Below the pieces are notes generated by a model. That model was not told the DNA's origin. It made no database searches and saw only the letters and a program-made list of their open reading frames with translations. A program made the translations under genes and the position numbers. This document shows positions 1 through 13,458 of a stretch of DNA of 64,000 nt, piece after piece (the stretch's first letter is position 1; the number at the start of each line of letters is the position of its first letter). Source of the stretch: Felis catus (taxonomy: Eukaryota); assembly GCF_018350175.1 (NCBI RefSeq), contig NC_058383.1, forward strand, positions 14,076,001 through 14,140,000. The letters run 5' to 3'.

Positions 1-465
1 GAAAGACATTTCTGTTGCTTTCCCCTCCCAGTCTCTAGCATTTTGTTATGGTGGCCTGAGCTAACTAAGACAGATTGTGGCACCAAGAAGTGGGGTGTTT
101 CTGTAAGAAATACATGAGGTATAGAAGGGAAGCGGTTTGGGGACGGCACAGTGGGTAGAGGTCAGCAGAGTTTTGAGGTGCACGACAGAAATACGGACGT
201 CAAAAGTGATTCCGTTGAGATCTTGGATGCAAACGAGGAACACGTTATTGAAAGCTGGAGGAGAGACCGTCCTCGGTATCCGGGCACAAAGAACGTGGCC
301 AAACTATGTTCTAGTGTTCTCTGGAAGGTAGAACCTGTGAATGATGACATTGGGTATTTAGCCGAGGAGATGTCTAAGCGAAGTGTCGAAGGAGCAGCTT
401 GGTTGCTCCTGACTCCTTACGGTAAAACACACAAGGAGAGGGACGAACAGAAGAAGGAGGCGTGT

Positions 466-698
466 GGGGCGCCTGGGTGGTGCAGTCGGTTAAGCGTCCG
501 ACTTCAGCCAGGTCACGATCTCGCAGTCCGTGAGTTCGAGCCCCACGTCGGGCTCTGGGCTGATGGCTCAGAGCCTGGAGCCTGTTTCCGATTCTGTGTC
601 TCCCTCTCTCTCTGCCCCTCCCCCGTTCATGCTCTGTCTCTCTCTGTCCCAAAAATAAATAAACGTTGAAAAAAAAAATTAAAAAAAAAAAAAAAAAA
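466..698 (+). mobile_element. Young Can-SINE (SINEC_Fc-type)
   Basis: tRNA-like head GGGGCGCCTGGGTGG, (CT)n region, A tail; TSD AGAAGAAGGAGGCGTG at 449-464 and 699-714. Confidence 0.95.
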
Positions 699-806
699 AG
701 AAGAAGGAGGCGTGAGACAAAAGGGAACCGGAACTTGGAAATTTGGAAACATCTCAGCCTATCCACATCGCAAAAAATGAGAAAAAAGTGTTCCGAAGAG
801 TGTTCT

Positions 807-1033
807 TTTTTTTTTTTTAATTTTTTTCTTCAACGTTTATTTATTTTTGGGACAGAGAGAGACAGAGCATGAACAGGGGAGGGGCAGAGAGAGAGGGAAA
901 CACAGAATCGGAAACAGGCTCCAGGCTCTGAGCCATCAGCCCAGAGCCTGACGCGGGGCTCGAACTCGCCGACGGCGAGATCGTGACCTGGCTGAAGTCG
1001 GACGCTTAACCGACTGCACCACCCAGGCGCCCC
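807..1033 (-). mobile_element. Young Can-SINE (SINEC_Fc-type)
   Basis: Reverse SINE; TSD TCCGAAGAGTGTTCT at 792-806 and 1035-1049. Confidence 0.95.
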
Positions 1034-2226
1034 ATCCGAAGAGTGTTCTAACGGTGTGACTGAACAACCATTTGATAAAGGAAGCCTGGGTATGACTCGT
1101 GGACTTGATCAGGCTCAGCCATCTCAGCAGGAGCCAGGAATAGAAATGGTGTTATCTTAGCAAAGACACTGCCAGTTTGGACCAAAGGAGACAGAGAGAG
1201 CCTGTCCAGATGAAGGAAGGCTCTCAGACTCCCTGGATTCTACAGGGACTGGACTAGAGAGATATTCAGCTATAATGTGCACTGTTTTTTTTTTTGTTTG
1301 TTTTGGGGTTTTTTTTTCCCATAAAAAAAGGAAGAATGACCCCAAAGATGATTCTGAGATCAGCGGTGCTGCCTCTTTGGTTTCAAAGAACAAAGGCATC
1401 ACCTCAATTTCAACAGGCCGGGTAGTCTCTATCTCAGAGCCTTGGAGGCAAGACCTCCGCCTGGGAGAGCCAAGGGGAAGGGAATGCCACCCCAGTGGGT
1501 CCAAAAGTGGGGTATAGAGTCAAAGAGGATTATTCTCAAGACTTAAGACCTAATGGGATTTACCTCCCTAGGTTTTGGAATTGCTTGGGACCAATCACCC
1601 CTTCTTTCTTTCTTATCTCTCCCTTTTGGAATGGGAATGTTTATCTTCTGCCTGGCCCATGATTGTACTGCACACAGGTTGGTTTCATAGGTTCACAGCT
1701 GGAGAAGAATTTTCCCTCAGGATGAATAGTACCTTGAATCTCACCCGTATCTGATGATACTTAGATGAGACTTTGGACTTTAGAGTTTTTGCTAGCAAGA
1801 GCTGGGGTTTGGGGACTATTGAGGTGAAATTAATACATTTTGCATGTGACAAGAACACGCATTTTGGAGAGCTAGGAGCAGAATCTTCTGGACTGAATTA
1901 TGTCTCCCCACTTCCCCCAATTCATATGTTGAAGCCTTGACTCCCAATGGGCTGGTGGTATATGAAGACAGTCTTTGGGGGTGATTAGGTTGAGATGAGG
2001 TCAGGAGGATAGGGACCTAATGATGGGATTAGTGTTCTCGTAAGAAAAGACCACGTGAGGACACAGCAAGAAGGTGCAATCCAGGGACACAGGCTTCACT
2101 AGAGACTGACCGTGCTGTCACCTCAACCTCGGACTTCCAGCCTCCAGAACCGTGAGACATTAATTTCTGTTATTTAAGCCACTCCGTCCACAGTATTTTC
2201 TTAGGGCATCGAAGATGACTCATACA

Positions 2227-4160
2227 GGAGAATTATTCACAAATGGAAAAGTAGAAAGAGCCCAAATATCCATCAGGTGATGTCTAGATACATAAAATGT
2301 GGTTTGGCCATATAACGCAATACTAGGGAACCCTAGAAAGGAATCAAGTGCATGCTATAATACACGTTACAGGCTGCAATATGGAGGAACCTGGAAAGTA
2401 CTACACTAAGTTGAAAGAAGCCAGACACAGAAGACCACATTATATTATTCCGTTTGTATGAAATGTCCAGAATAGGCAAATCCACACAAATAGAAAGCTT
2501 AGGGGTTGTCAGGGGCTGGAGGTAGGAGGGAAGGAAGAATGACCGCCTATGGGTACGGTGTTTCTTTGGGGGTTGATAAAAATGTTCTGGAATTAGTGGT
2601 GATAGTTGTAGACCTTTATAACGGAACTAAAAACTACGAGGGTGCCGGGGTGGCTCAATCTGTCAAGCAGGTGACTCTTGATTTTGGCTCAGGTCATGAT
2701 CTCAGGGTGGTGAGTTCAAGCCCCACCCTGGGTGTGGAGCCTGCTTGAGATTCTCTCTCTCTACCCCCCCCCCCCTTGTCCTCCCTGCTTGAGCTCTCTC
2801 TTTCAAAAACAAACAAAAAGCTACTGAATTGTACACTTCACAAGCATGAGTTTTAGGGTATGTGAATTATATCTCAATAAAAACTATTATTTTAAGGATG
2901 CTGCCTAGGGTTATAGCTCCTGGCAAACTGTAGCCCCAGGGAGGAAGGCGAACATAAACTTAACCTTTAGATTAGGATACCAAGGGATGCCTGGGTGGCT
3001 CAGTGGGTTAAGAGTTCAACCTTGTCTCAGGTCATGATCTCACTGTCCGTGAGTTCGAGCCCCTCATTGGGCTCTGTTCTGACAGCTTAGATCCTCGATC
3101 CTGCTTCAGATTCTGTGTCTCCCTCTCTCTATGTCCCTCCCCCACTCATTCTCTCTCTCTCTGTCTCTCTCTCTCTGTCTCTCTCTCTCTGTTTGTCTCA
3201 AAAAAATTTTTTTTTTGTTTTTTAGATTACGATGCCAAGACATGGGCCAGCTCTGTCTCAATATCAACACAAAGCCTAGTCTGGATCCAAATCCTAAGGG
3301 ATCAGGTGGAAGCAACTGCAAACCACTAGACAGAGAGGATTAAATAATGAAAAACAAACAAAAACAAAGTCCAGAGAAAATTGCACTGTAAACCAAAATA
3401 TCAAAATACAAGAACATATGTCCCATGGAAGCCAACAAATCAACATTCAGGACAGAACAGAAATTCATTTGTGTGAAATGAAATTTATAGAACAGTCTGA
3501 CAAAGACTTTAAAATAGATATCATCAAGATACTCAAAGAGAAAAAGAAGATATATTCTCCATTTAAAAAAAAGAAACTATAAAAAACAAGTGAGGCTGGG
3601 GGAAAAAAAAACCCAGCAAGTAGGTACAAAAGAGAATCAATTAAAATGACACAATCCCAGAAAAGGGATCGCTACAATTTCAGAAAACGGAAACAAAAGG
3701 ATGATTAATTAATCAGACAGAATTGAGAAATTCACCCAAAGGGTATCACAGAAAGGCAGAGAAGGCCAAACAAGAAAGAGCAGTTAAGAGACTTAGAGGA
3801 CAAGTTGAGATGCCTCAACATTTAACTGGTAGGAATTCTAGGATCTCTAGGATACGAGAATGGTGGGAGCAGTGGAAAATCTATTTTCTTAAAGAAATAA
3901 TTTGTAGAAATGTTCTGGAATTTCATAACAATAGTCTTCAATTTGGAAATGCACTGCAAGTATTGAACATGATCAAACTATATAAAAAGCTCAGGAACAT
4001 ACCCTTTTGCATATGGAACTCAACATAGGAGGGAGACAGCATCATAAATTAATGGGGAAAGTAGTACTTTTTTTTTTTTAGTTTATTTATTTTGAAAGAG
4101 AGAGAGAGATAGCATGAGTGGGGGAGAGGTAGAGACAGAGGGAGAGACAGAGAGAGAAAG

Positions 4161-4203
<43 letters not shown>

Positions 4204-5650
4204 CCCAAGCAGCCTTCACACTGTCAGCACAGAGCCGAATGTGGGGCTCAAACTCATGCAACCGTGAGATCACGACCTGAGCTGAAACCGAGAGTCAAAC
4301 ACTTAACCAACTGAGCCACTCGGGTGCCCTGGGAAAGTAGTACTTCTAATGAAATACGGAAACTACTATGTTCTTATTGCATACCATAAATCAAATAAAT
4401 TTTAAGTGGGCTAAAAACCTAAGTTTCAGAGGCAAAGCTTTAAAACTTTTGGAAGAAAATATAAAAGAATATATTTATAATCTTTTGGTAAGGAGGGTCT
4501 GCTTAAAAGAAAGCACAAGACATCAAGGAAACATTGGATAATTTGGATTACTTTAAAATATAAAACGTCCTTATAATCAAGAATCTACACACTTAGAGAA
4601 GATATTTACAATATACGAAACAAATAGCTATTTACAGAACATTTAAGGAATGTCTACTGCCAGTAAAAAAAAAAAGGCAATCTAACAGAAAAATGGACAA
4701 ACCATATGAACTGGCAATTTATAGACTAGGAAACCCAAATGATGACTGACTATTTATTTAAACATTAAACAGTGAAAAGTCTCCATTTCACAAGTAATCA
4801 TGGAAAGACAAATTAAAAAAACAATGAATGTCAATTCACACCTATCAGATAGGCAAAAATTTAAGTTTAACACTACTGAATGGGAGTAAGATTGAAGAGA
4901 AACAGAAACTCCATTACATTGCTAATGGGTGTGCACATTGCTATAACGACTTTGGAGGTGAATTTGATCGTATCTAGTGAAGCAAATTTTTTAAAAGTGT
5001 ATTTATTTATAAGTAGTGTCTACACCCGGTGTGGGGCTCACACTTACAAGCCATAGTCGTGTGCCTTCTGACTGAGCCAGCTGGGTACCCCTAAAGCAGA
5101 AGATTTTTTTTTTCAACGTTTATTTATTTTTGGGACAGAGAGAGACAGAGCATGATTGGGCGAGGGGCAGAGAGAGAGGGAGACACAGAATCGGAAACAG
5201 GCTCCAGGCTCTGAGCCATCAGCCCAGAGCCCGACGCGGGGCCCGAACTCACGGACCGCGAGATCGTGACCTGGCCGAAGTCGGACGCTTAACCGACTGC
5301 GCCACCCAGGCGCCCCCAGAAGATTTTTATAGTCTACCACTCAGGAAAGAAATTCTCACCCACGGCCAAAGGAGATATACTTATGAATACTCTTTGCAAA
5401 ATTGTTTGCAAAAGCAAAGCAAAACTAAAACAAACAAAGAAAAGAGGAAAAGAAAAAAGGAAACAATAGGAATATTCAAGCCATTCACAGAATGGAGTAA
5501 TCATTTGTGGCGTGGCATGTTAATAGAGTAAAAATGAATGAGTTACGGTTACATGTATCAAAGTTGGCAAATGATGAAACAATTTTGAACAAAAAGAGCA
5601 AGATGCAGAGGGAAACATGCCAAATACACGTTATATACATACAATGAAAA
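2227..5650 (+). mobile_element. Old L1 (L1M-type) fragments, interrupted by SINEs at ~2640-2815(+), 2984-3210(+), 4068-4330(-), 4990-5092(-) and 5104-5316(-)
   Basis: A-rich degenerate L1 3' UTR (GAAAGAAGCCAGACACAGAAGACCAC...AATAGGCAAATCC) and ORF-derived sequence. The 5104 SINE has TSD CAGAAGATTTTT (5097-5108/5317-5328). Confidence 0.7.
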
Positions 5651-6677
5651 TATCAAAAATGCCAACACTGCAGTACTAACAGATAAAATAGAACCTTGGG
5701 AAAGAGTAATTTCTAACATGTGCTGGACAGGTGCGCAAGGTTCTCATTGTATCAACTACTCTTGTGAAGCAACGAAAATGAGATGAGCACACAAGAGGAG
5801 GTTGGAGGAACAGGCAACTTGCAAGAAGAGAAACACGAGCGACCCGGGAGTTCAGAAAAGCGAGTTCGATATCACCGCGAAAATGCAGGGTGAAGCGGCA
5901 ACGCAATCCGCTTTTTAAATTTACCAAATTCTAGGAATGTACCTGCAGGAGGTGACCAGGAAGTCTCATAGAACTTTACCGTCAGGGATATTTGTGGTGA
6001 AACAATTAAAGTGGTGAAAAAATATATATATGACCATAGAGTGGGTGCATCAGTCCAAGCCAGCAACCTGGGAGAGATTCTTGATTTGTCCTATCTTTGT
6101 ACTCCCCGTCACCAAAGACGGACAGTTCTACTCAACTAAATTCGCCATCACGCCTTTGTGGGTCACAGTTCAGCACCTGGGAAGTTGGGATGTGTCTTTC
6201 CGTCACTGCCAGCCAGGGGGCAGTCATGACGTGGCCGTCCTCTTCCAGACTCACCCATGGAAATTTGCAAAATAGGTGTTACTTTCTTCTTTAAAGCTTC
6301 ATGCTGCTAGGCTGGAGTTCAGGGAAATCAGCCTCTTTCTGAGAATTGCAACAGGATGTAGCCGTTTGTGGTTGGCACAGTCAAGTTCAAGTTCCATCTG
6401 GGCGTGGCTGTATGTAAGACCACCTTTCCCAATTGCCTCCTGGCTCCATAGTAGGGTCCCTTGACATTCCTGACTCCACTTCAGATGTTTCGGTTCACAA
6501 GTTGAAACCGGCTAAGGGAAACAAGCAGGTACAACCAGGAAATGGCATTGCTAACGGGAGCGAAATGTGAGGAAATTGAGACAAAACGAAGCAGTTCATG
6601 TCAAGCTCAGAATCTATCATCGTTCTTGAAGCCAATCGCTTACAGGGCATTAACGCGAGTTCTGGTGGATGCTAAAC

Positions 6678-6841
6678 AGGTGTCTGGGTGGATCAACCGG
6701 TTGGGTGTCTGACTTCGGCTCAGGTCGTGATTTAATGGTTCGTGGGTTCAAGCCCCGCATCGGGCTCTGTGCTGACAGCTCAGAGCCTGGAGCCTGCTTT
6801 GGATTCTGTGTCGCCCTCTTTCTACGCTCCTCTCCCACTTG

Positions 6842-6873
<32 letters not shown>

Positions 6874-7410
6874 AATAAATAAACATTTAAAAAAACTGTG
6901 TTGGGGCTCCTGGGTGGCTCAGTTGGTTAAGCATCCAACTTCGGCCCAGGTCAAGGTCTTACGGTTTGTGAGTTTGAGCCCCACGCCGGGCTCTGTGCTC
7001 ACAGCTCAGAGCCTGGAGCCCGCTTCTGATTCTGGGTCTCTGTCTCTCTCTGCCCCACCCCTGCTTTCTCTTTTTGCCCCACCCCTGCTTGTGCTCTGTG
7101 TCTCTCTGTCTCTCAAAAAAGGAGTAAACGTTGAAACATTTTAAAAATAAATAAATAGGGGCGCCTGGGTGGCGCAGTCGGTTAAGCGTCCGACTTCAGC
7201 CAGGTCATGATCTCGCGGTGCGTGAGTTCGAGCCCCGCGTCAGGCTCTGGGCTGATGGCTCAGAGCCTGGAGCCTGTTTCCGATTCTGTGTCTCCCTCTC
7301 TCTCTGCCCCTCCCCCGTTCATGCTCTGTCTCTCTCTGTCCCAAAAATAAATAAACGTTGAAAAAAAATTTAAAAAAATAAATAAATAAATAAATAATAA
7401 AAAAAATAAA
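6678..7410 (+). mobile_element. Three tandem Can-SINEs (~6678-6895, 6903-7155, 7157-7410)
   Basis: Three head-to-tail SINE bodies, each starting in or next to the preceding A-rich tail. Confidence 0.9.
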
Positions 7411-7869
7411 CGGTGTAATAAACCGTTTATACGCAGCCAAGCTCAAAAGTCACTTGTTCGCCTCAAAACTTCACGGTGCTCACTAGAACTATAATTAACG
7501 TGTAACTAAACAGTTTATATTGAACCAAAGACAGACTTTGTACATTCCTCTCCAAAGTAACATCTTAGGATGGCTCGGAGTGTGGATGTGTCGTTCAAAC
7601 TAATGTGCGTATGTGAAGCCCAGCTCGAGATCACGCATTCATTTCAAACAAAACTCATAAGCTTTGTAAACGCTGTATGTGCAAGCAAACAGAAGAAATG
7701 GTCCCTGCTCTGCTTCTCAAGAGGTCATTGGATTCAGTGACCTCTTGTTCCCCACCCAGTTAAAGTCAGATATGGGTTGCTGTGGAATGAGAAGGGTAAT
7801 CTTAGCAGCGCCACCGGGGAACGCAATTCAGGGACACACAAAGAAGCATCTGTAGGTGCTCTAAAGGAA

Positions 7870-10800
7870 CGTACAAAACAGTGACGGGGGATAAAGAGTT
7901 AATATCCTCATTGTATAAAGGGCCTCTAAAAATCTGGGAAGTCTCTAATAGATGTATGGGCCAAGCACAGAGAGCTCACAAAGGAGGACATGCAATCAGC
8001 CAAGGAACATTTGAAACATATATAAGCTTGAAGGAAATCAGAGGGATGCAGACTAGGACCAGAAGTTCATTTTGCCTATCAGATCCCTAAAGATTGAAAT
8101 GATAAACCATCTATCGTTGTTCAGGTTACAGTGAAACAGGAAATATTATATCCTTGTGGGAAGGCTCATTGAGAGCCGCCTTTCTGGAAAGCAAGTTGCC
8201 AATATGTAAAAAAGAGACTTAAAAACATCCATGCCTTGGGGCTCCTGGCATCCCCCCGGTTAAGCATCCAACTTCAGCTCAGGTCATGATTTCACGGTCT
8301 GTGAGTTCGAGCCCCACGTCGGGCTCTGTGCTGACGGCTCGGAGCCCGGAGCCTGCTTCGGATTCTGTGTCTCCCTCTCTCTCTGCCCCTCTTCCGCTCA
8401 CGGTCTGTCTCTTTCTCTCAAAAATAAATAAACATAAAAAACAACTTTTTAAAAGACACCCAAGCCTTGCTCATTTATGCAAAAAACAAGACAAAAACAC
8501 ACCGCAGGAAGTATATACTGGAAAATGAACAAGCTGGTTATGGAGGCGTGGGGAGGCATATGGAGAAGAGGAAAAGGAGAGGAAATCATAAGGAGAGACA
8601 GGGAATGACACGTCTCTGAATTTAAACGCCAAGCAATCCTAAGATGTTACTTTTGAGAAGAATGTTCAAAGTCGGTCTTTGGTTCAAATATAAACTGCTT
8701 AGTTCTGAGATTTAGAGACAGACCCCCTCAAAATAAATGAATAATTTAAATCAGCCAAGGTATGGAAAAACCCAGACTAGAATACAGATGGCAACAACTG
8801 AACCTAATTGTGGAACAAATGATTAACCTCACTGATAGCGGTGGAGAAGAAAAGAATTAACCTTAGTAACATTGGAAAATAGGGTTTTGACTACTTACTG
8901 CAAGACCAAAGACAAAAACAAAACAAAACAAAACAAAACAAACAGTATAAAATACTGCGCTCAGGCTAGTAAGTGTATTTCTAGCAGGGGTATGGGCTAA
9001 CAACTCTGAGATGACTTTATGTGCACAATTAGGAATGAATGAATGAATGAGTTGTAGATAATATCTGCAGGGTTTCTCACTGTCAGAGAAAGTAGTTAGA
9101 AACAGGGAAAGCGGGGTGGGGGAGCCTGGGTGGCTCAGTTGGTTAAGCATCCAACTCTTGGTTTTGGCTCAGGTCATGATCTCAGGGTTAGTGAGTTCGA
9201 GCCCCATCCCGGGCTCTGCGCTGACAGTGCAGAGCTTGGCTGGGATTCTCTCTCTTCTTCTCTCTCTGCCCTTCCCCTCCCGTGCTCTCTCTCAAAATAA
9301 ATAAAATTAAAAAAAAAAAAAAAAGAAACAGGGAGAAGGGGAAAGTAAAAAAAACTTACCCTGTGGTTTTGAATTGCAATTGGAGATATCAACAGGGGCT
9401 CCTAGTTTTCAGTAGAAAAATGCAGAAATAAACATAGAGGGGTTTGCGTTTGTGGACCGCTATCCATACATGCGTTTTCTAGCTGTGTCAATTGAGAGGG
9501 TCCGGAAGCAATGAGGACACTCAGCAACCAGATCTTTATTTCTAAGTCACTCCCAATAACTAGAATCAAGACTTCCTGGAGAAGTGGATGATGAGCCTGG
9601 AGCATTTTGTGTTGCCAGAAATTAACGAAGTGCTGGCAAAAGAAAGGGGGTGTGTCAGAAGGGCATAGGAGCCAACACTGAAGAAACTCCTCATCGCCAA
9701 GGACGCACTCAACGGAATGAAAATGCAACCTGCAGAAGTGGAGAAATTATTTGCAAACCATATATCTGATAAGGGGTTCGTGTCCAGAACATATAAAGAA
9801 CTTCTACAAATCAACAACAAAAGAATCAAAGAGCCTAATTAACAAATGGGCAAAGCACTCGTATATATACATTTCTCCAAAGATGGTGTACAAATAACCG
9901 ATAAGCACATGAAAAGATTCTCAACGTTACTAACCGTCAGGAAAATAAAACCACACCGAGATATCACCTCACACCCTTTAGGATGGCTACTATAAATGAC
10001 AACAACAACGACAAACACCCAGAAAAGAACATGTGATGGCAAGGATGTGGGGAAATTGGGACCCTTTCACGCGTATTGGTAGGATTGCAGAATGGTGCAA
10101 CTGCTCTGGAAAACAGTATGAAGGTCCCTCCAAAAATTAAAAATAGAAGTACCAGGGGGCATCTGGGTGGCTCTGTCGGCTGAACATCAGACTTTTGATT
10201 TTGTCTCAAGTCATGATCCCAAGGTCGTGGGAGCAAGCCCTGAATCATGGGATTGAGCCCTGCATTGGGCTCCATGCTGAGTGTGGAGGCTGCTTAGGAT
10301 TTTTTTTTTCCCTCTCTGTCTCTCTGTCTCTCACTGTCTCTTTCCTCCACTTGTATTCTCTTGCTCTCTCTAAAAACAAAACAAAACCAACCAAACAAAC
10401 AAAATATATATATGTGTATATATATATACACACCAGAGGATTCAGCAATCCCCACTTCTGGGTATATATACCCCAAAGAATTGAAAGCAGGGTCTTGAAA
10501 AGATATTTGTACACCCCTATTCACAGCAGCATAGCCAAGAGCCAAGAGCCAAGGGCCCGGAGCCGGGAGGTGGGAGCAATCCAAGTGTCCATCGACAAAT
10601 GAATGAATAAACAAAGCATGGTATATACATACAAGGCAATATTATTCAGTCTTAAAAAGTAAGGGGATCCTGTCACAGGCTACAAATGGCAAACCTTGAG
10701 GCCATTATGCGAAGTGAAATAAGCCAGTTACAAGATAAATGCTATATGATTCCACCCACGTAAGGTACCTAGAATAGTCAAATTCACAGAAACCGAATGT

Positions 10801-12090
10801 AGCGTGGTGGTTACCGGGAACTGGGGAGAAGGGGAGAAGGGGATTTGTTTATTGGGTATAGAGATTCAGAAGAAAGGAAAGAAAAAGAGGAAAAGGTTCT
10901 GGAGATCTGTTTCACGATATGAGCAGAGTTAATGCTCTGGACTACTGAACTACACTCTCAACAAGGTTTAAGATGGTAACTTCTATATTATGTGGTGGGT
11001 TTTTGTTTGTAATGTTTATTTATTTTTGAGAGAGAGAGAGAGACAGAGTGCGAGCAGGGGAGGGGCAGAGAGAGAGGGAGATGCAGAATGCGAAGCAGGC
11101 TCCAGGCTCCGAGCTGTCAGCACAGAGCCCAACACAGGGCTCGAACTCATGAACCGTGAGATCATGACCTGAGTTGAAGTCGGATGCTTAACCGACTGAG
11201 CCACCCAGGTGCCCCTACATGGTGTTGTTCCAACCGCAATATACATAAATAAATTGATGATAGATAGATAGATAGATAGATAGGGGTGACTCAGTCATTT
11301 AAGCATCTGACTTCCACTCAGGTCAGGTCGTGATCTTGCGGTTCATGAGTTTGAGCCCTGCACTGGGCTCTCTGCCGTCAGCACAGAGCTCACCACAGAT
11401 GCTCTGTCTCCCTCTCTCTCTCTAAAACATCTAATAAATAAACATTTAAAAAACAAATAAATTTTGAGAAGAAACAGGATATTTGCATAATGTTAAAAAA
11501 TCTCCCATCATCCAAATATTTATTCATTACAAAGGCAAAAATAGTAACTGCACCGTGGAGAAAACTGGCAGACAGACATCACCTTAACCGAGTGATCAAG
11601 GTCAACATCACCCAAAAGAAGACTCATCAGCCTTAGGAGCTTCCTGATGTGATGCACTGGGAAGGATACAACGTCACTTCTGTGATTTTTCTTCCCAACA
11701 AATGCATAACCTCAGTCTAATCATGAGAAACCATTGGGCAAACTCACATTTAGGGACATTCCACAGAACACCTGACCAGTGCTCTTCAAAAGGCCTCAAG
11801 GTCATGAACAGCAAAGAAAGACTGAGGAACTGTCACAGATTCCTGTCCACAGAAAAATATGATAACTAAATATAATATGTAACCCTAGACTGGATCCTGG
11901 ACCAGAAAAAGGACATTATTGAAAATATTCATGAAATTTGGATACAGTCTATAATTTAGTTAATAACATTCTTCTAATTTCTAAATTTCAAGAGGTTAAC
12001 ATTAGGGGAAGCTAGATGAAAGGTTTATAGGAACTCTGTGTACTATTTTTGCAACTTTTCTGTCAGTCCAAAATTATTTCAAGTTGCAAT
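7870..12090 (+). mobile_element. Old L1MC/MD-like 3' region split by a younger L1MA-like 3' fragment (~9700-11250); SINEs at ~8238, 9119, 10155, 11000(-) and 11283
   Basis: ORF2 C-terminal-like DNA at 9720-10750 (GCAAACCATATATCTGATAAGGG; GTGAAATAAGCCAG); L1MC-like 3' UTR at 11520-12080 (CACCTTAACCGAGTGATCAAGGTCAACATCACC). Confidence 0.7.
11257..11282 (+). repeat. (GATA)n microsatellite
   Basis: Direct reading. Confidence 0.9.
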
Positions 12091-12177
12091 TAAAAAATAC
12101 CCATACACTGGGAGAAAGCCCCCTGGAGTTTCTTTTCTGGCAAACATTCCTAAAGAAATACAAAAGATGTGGGGCAT

Positions 12178-12596
12178 GGGGTGCCTGGGTGGCTCAGTCG
12201 GTTGGGCGTCCGACTTCAGCTCAGGTCATGATCTCACGGTTCGTGGGTTCGAGCCCCAGGTCGGGCTCTGTGCTGCCAGCTCAGAGCCTACAGCGTGCTT
12301 CAAATTCTGGGTCTCTCTCTCTTTCTCTGTCCCTCCCCCACTCACAGTCTGTGTCTCTCTCTCTCTCAAAAATAAATAAACATTTAAAAAAATGTGTGGG
12401 GCGCCTGGGTGGCTCAGTTGGTTGAGCGTCCGACTTCAGCTCAGGTCATGATCTCGCAATTCATGAGTTCAAGCCCCTCATTGGGCTCTATACTGACAGC
12501 TCAGAGCCTGGAGCCTGCTTCGGATTCTGTGTCCCCCCCGCCCCTTGCCCCTTCCCTGCTCATGCTCTGCCTCAGTCTCAAAAATAAATAAACATT
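12178..12596 (+). mobile_element. Two tandem Can-SINEs
   Basis: SINE heads at ~12178 and ~12397. Confidence 0.9.
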
Positions 12597-12720
12597 GGGC
12601 TAAATGGGTAAGGAGCATTAAGGAATCTACTCCTGAAATCATTGTTTCACTATATGCTAATTTGGATGTAAATTTTAAAAAATAAAAAATAACATTAAAA
12701 AACAAAAAAATAGAAATAAA
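12597..12720 (+). mobile_element. Extremely 5'-truncated carnivore/felid L1 3' end
   Basis: GCATTAAGGAATCTACTCCTGAAATCATTGTTTCACTATATGCTAA...GGATGTAAATTTTAAAAAATAAA resembles a carnivore L1 3' terminus; AAACATT on both sides. Confidence 0.65.
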
Positions 12721-13458
12721 TAAATAAATAAACAAACAAACATTAAAAAACAAGTTAAAAAAATACAAAAGATGTTTATGGTGCATTACTAATAATAATG
12801 TGAAAAATTAGAAACGACCTATATGTTCCTAAAAAGAATGCTGGTTAGTAAATTATGGTCTCTGGGCTCTTGGATTTAAACATAATCTGTATGCTGTTGA
12901 CACCCAAATATATGTCTCTGCTGATAGAGCTGATGGCTAGGATCATATCACCGCTTAGAGGAAGGTCTAAAAGGCACATCAAATTCATGTGCACAACCCC
13001 AACCTCAGTCTTCCCCTTGGCTTAGGCAAAACCTACAAGTCATTCTTTTTTTTTTTTTTTAATGTTTATTTATTTTTGAGAGAGACAGACAGACAGACAG
13101 AGCACAAGTGGGGGAGGGCAGCAAGAGAGGGAGACACAGAATCCGAAGCAGGCTCCAGGCTCTGAGCGGTCAGCACAGAGCCCGACGCGGGGCTCGAACT
13201 CACAAACCGTGAGATCATGACCTGAGCTGAAGTCGGATGCTCCACCAACTGAGCCACCCAGACAATTTCATTTCCTTGTCTTCCAGACTTGCTCCAGTAA
13301 CAAGCGCCTTTGCTCTCTCCCTCCAAAACATTGCTCCCCGGGACGCAAGCCACCGCCACCTCTCCTGGATCACCGAGCAAGGCTCCTCACTGATCCCTGT
13401 TTCCTCTGTATGCTCTCACCACTCTCCATGCTGCAGTCTGAATGATGTTAAAAGAATA

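Larger units (their letters stand above)
1..2226 (+). mobile_element. MaLR (MLT1A-like) provirus: 3' end of 5' LTR (1-72), internal region (73-~1883), 3' LTR (~1884-2226); interrupted by two SINEs
   Basis: LTR end ...CTAAGACA followed by GATTGTGGCACCAAG. Purine tract precedes the second LTR (TCTGGACTGAAT...ATTCATATGTTGAAG), which ends ...GACTCATACA and resembles bases 1-72. Confidence 0.75.

Noticed and set aside
466..545. tRNA-like A/B-box sequences
   Set aside because: These are heads of tRNA-derived Can-SINEs, not tRNA genes
151..669. 172-aa ORF
   Set aside because: MaLR internal sequence fused to a SINE; the same peptide (GAPGW...VSLSLCPSP) recurs in many SINE-derived ORFs
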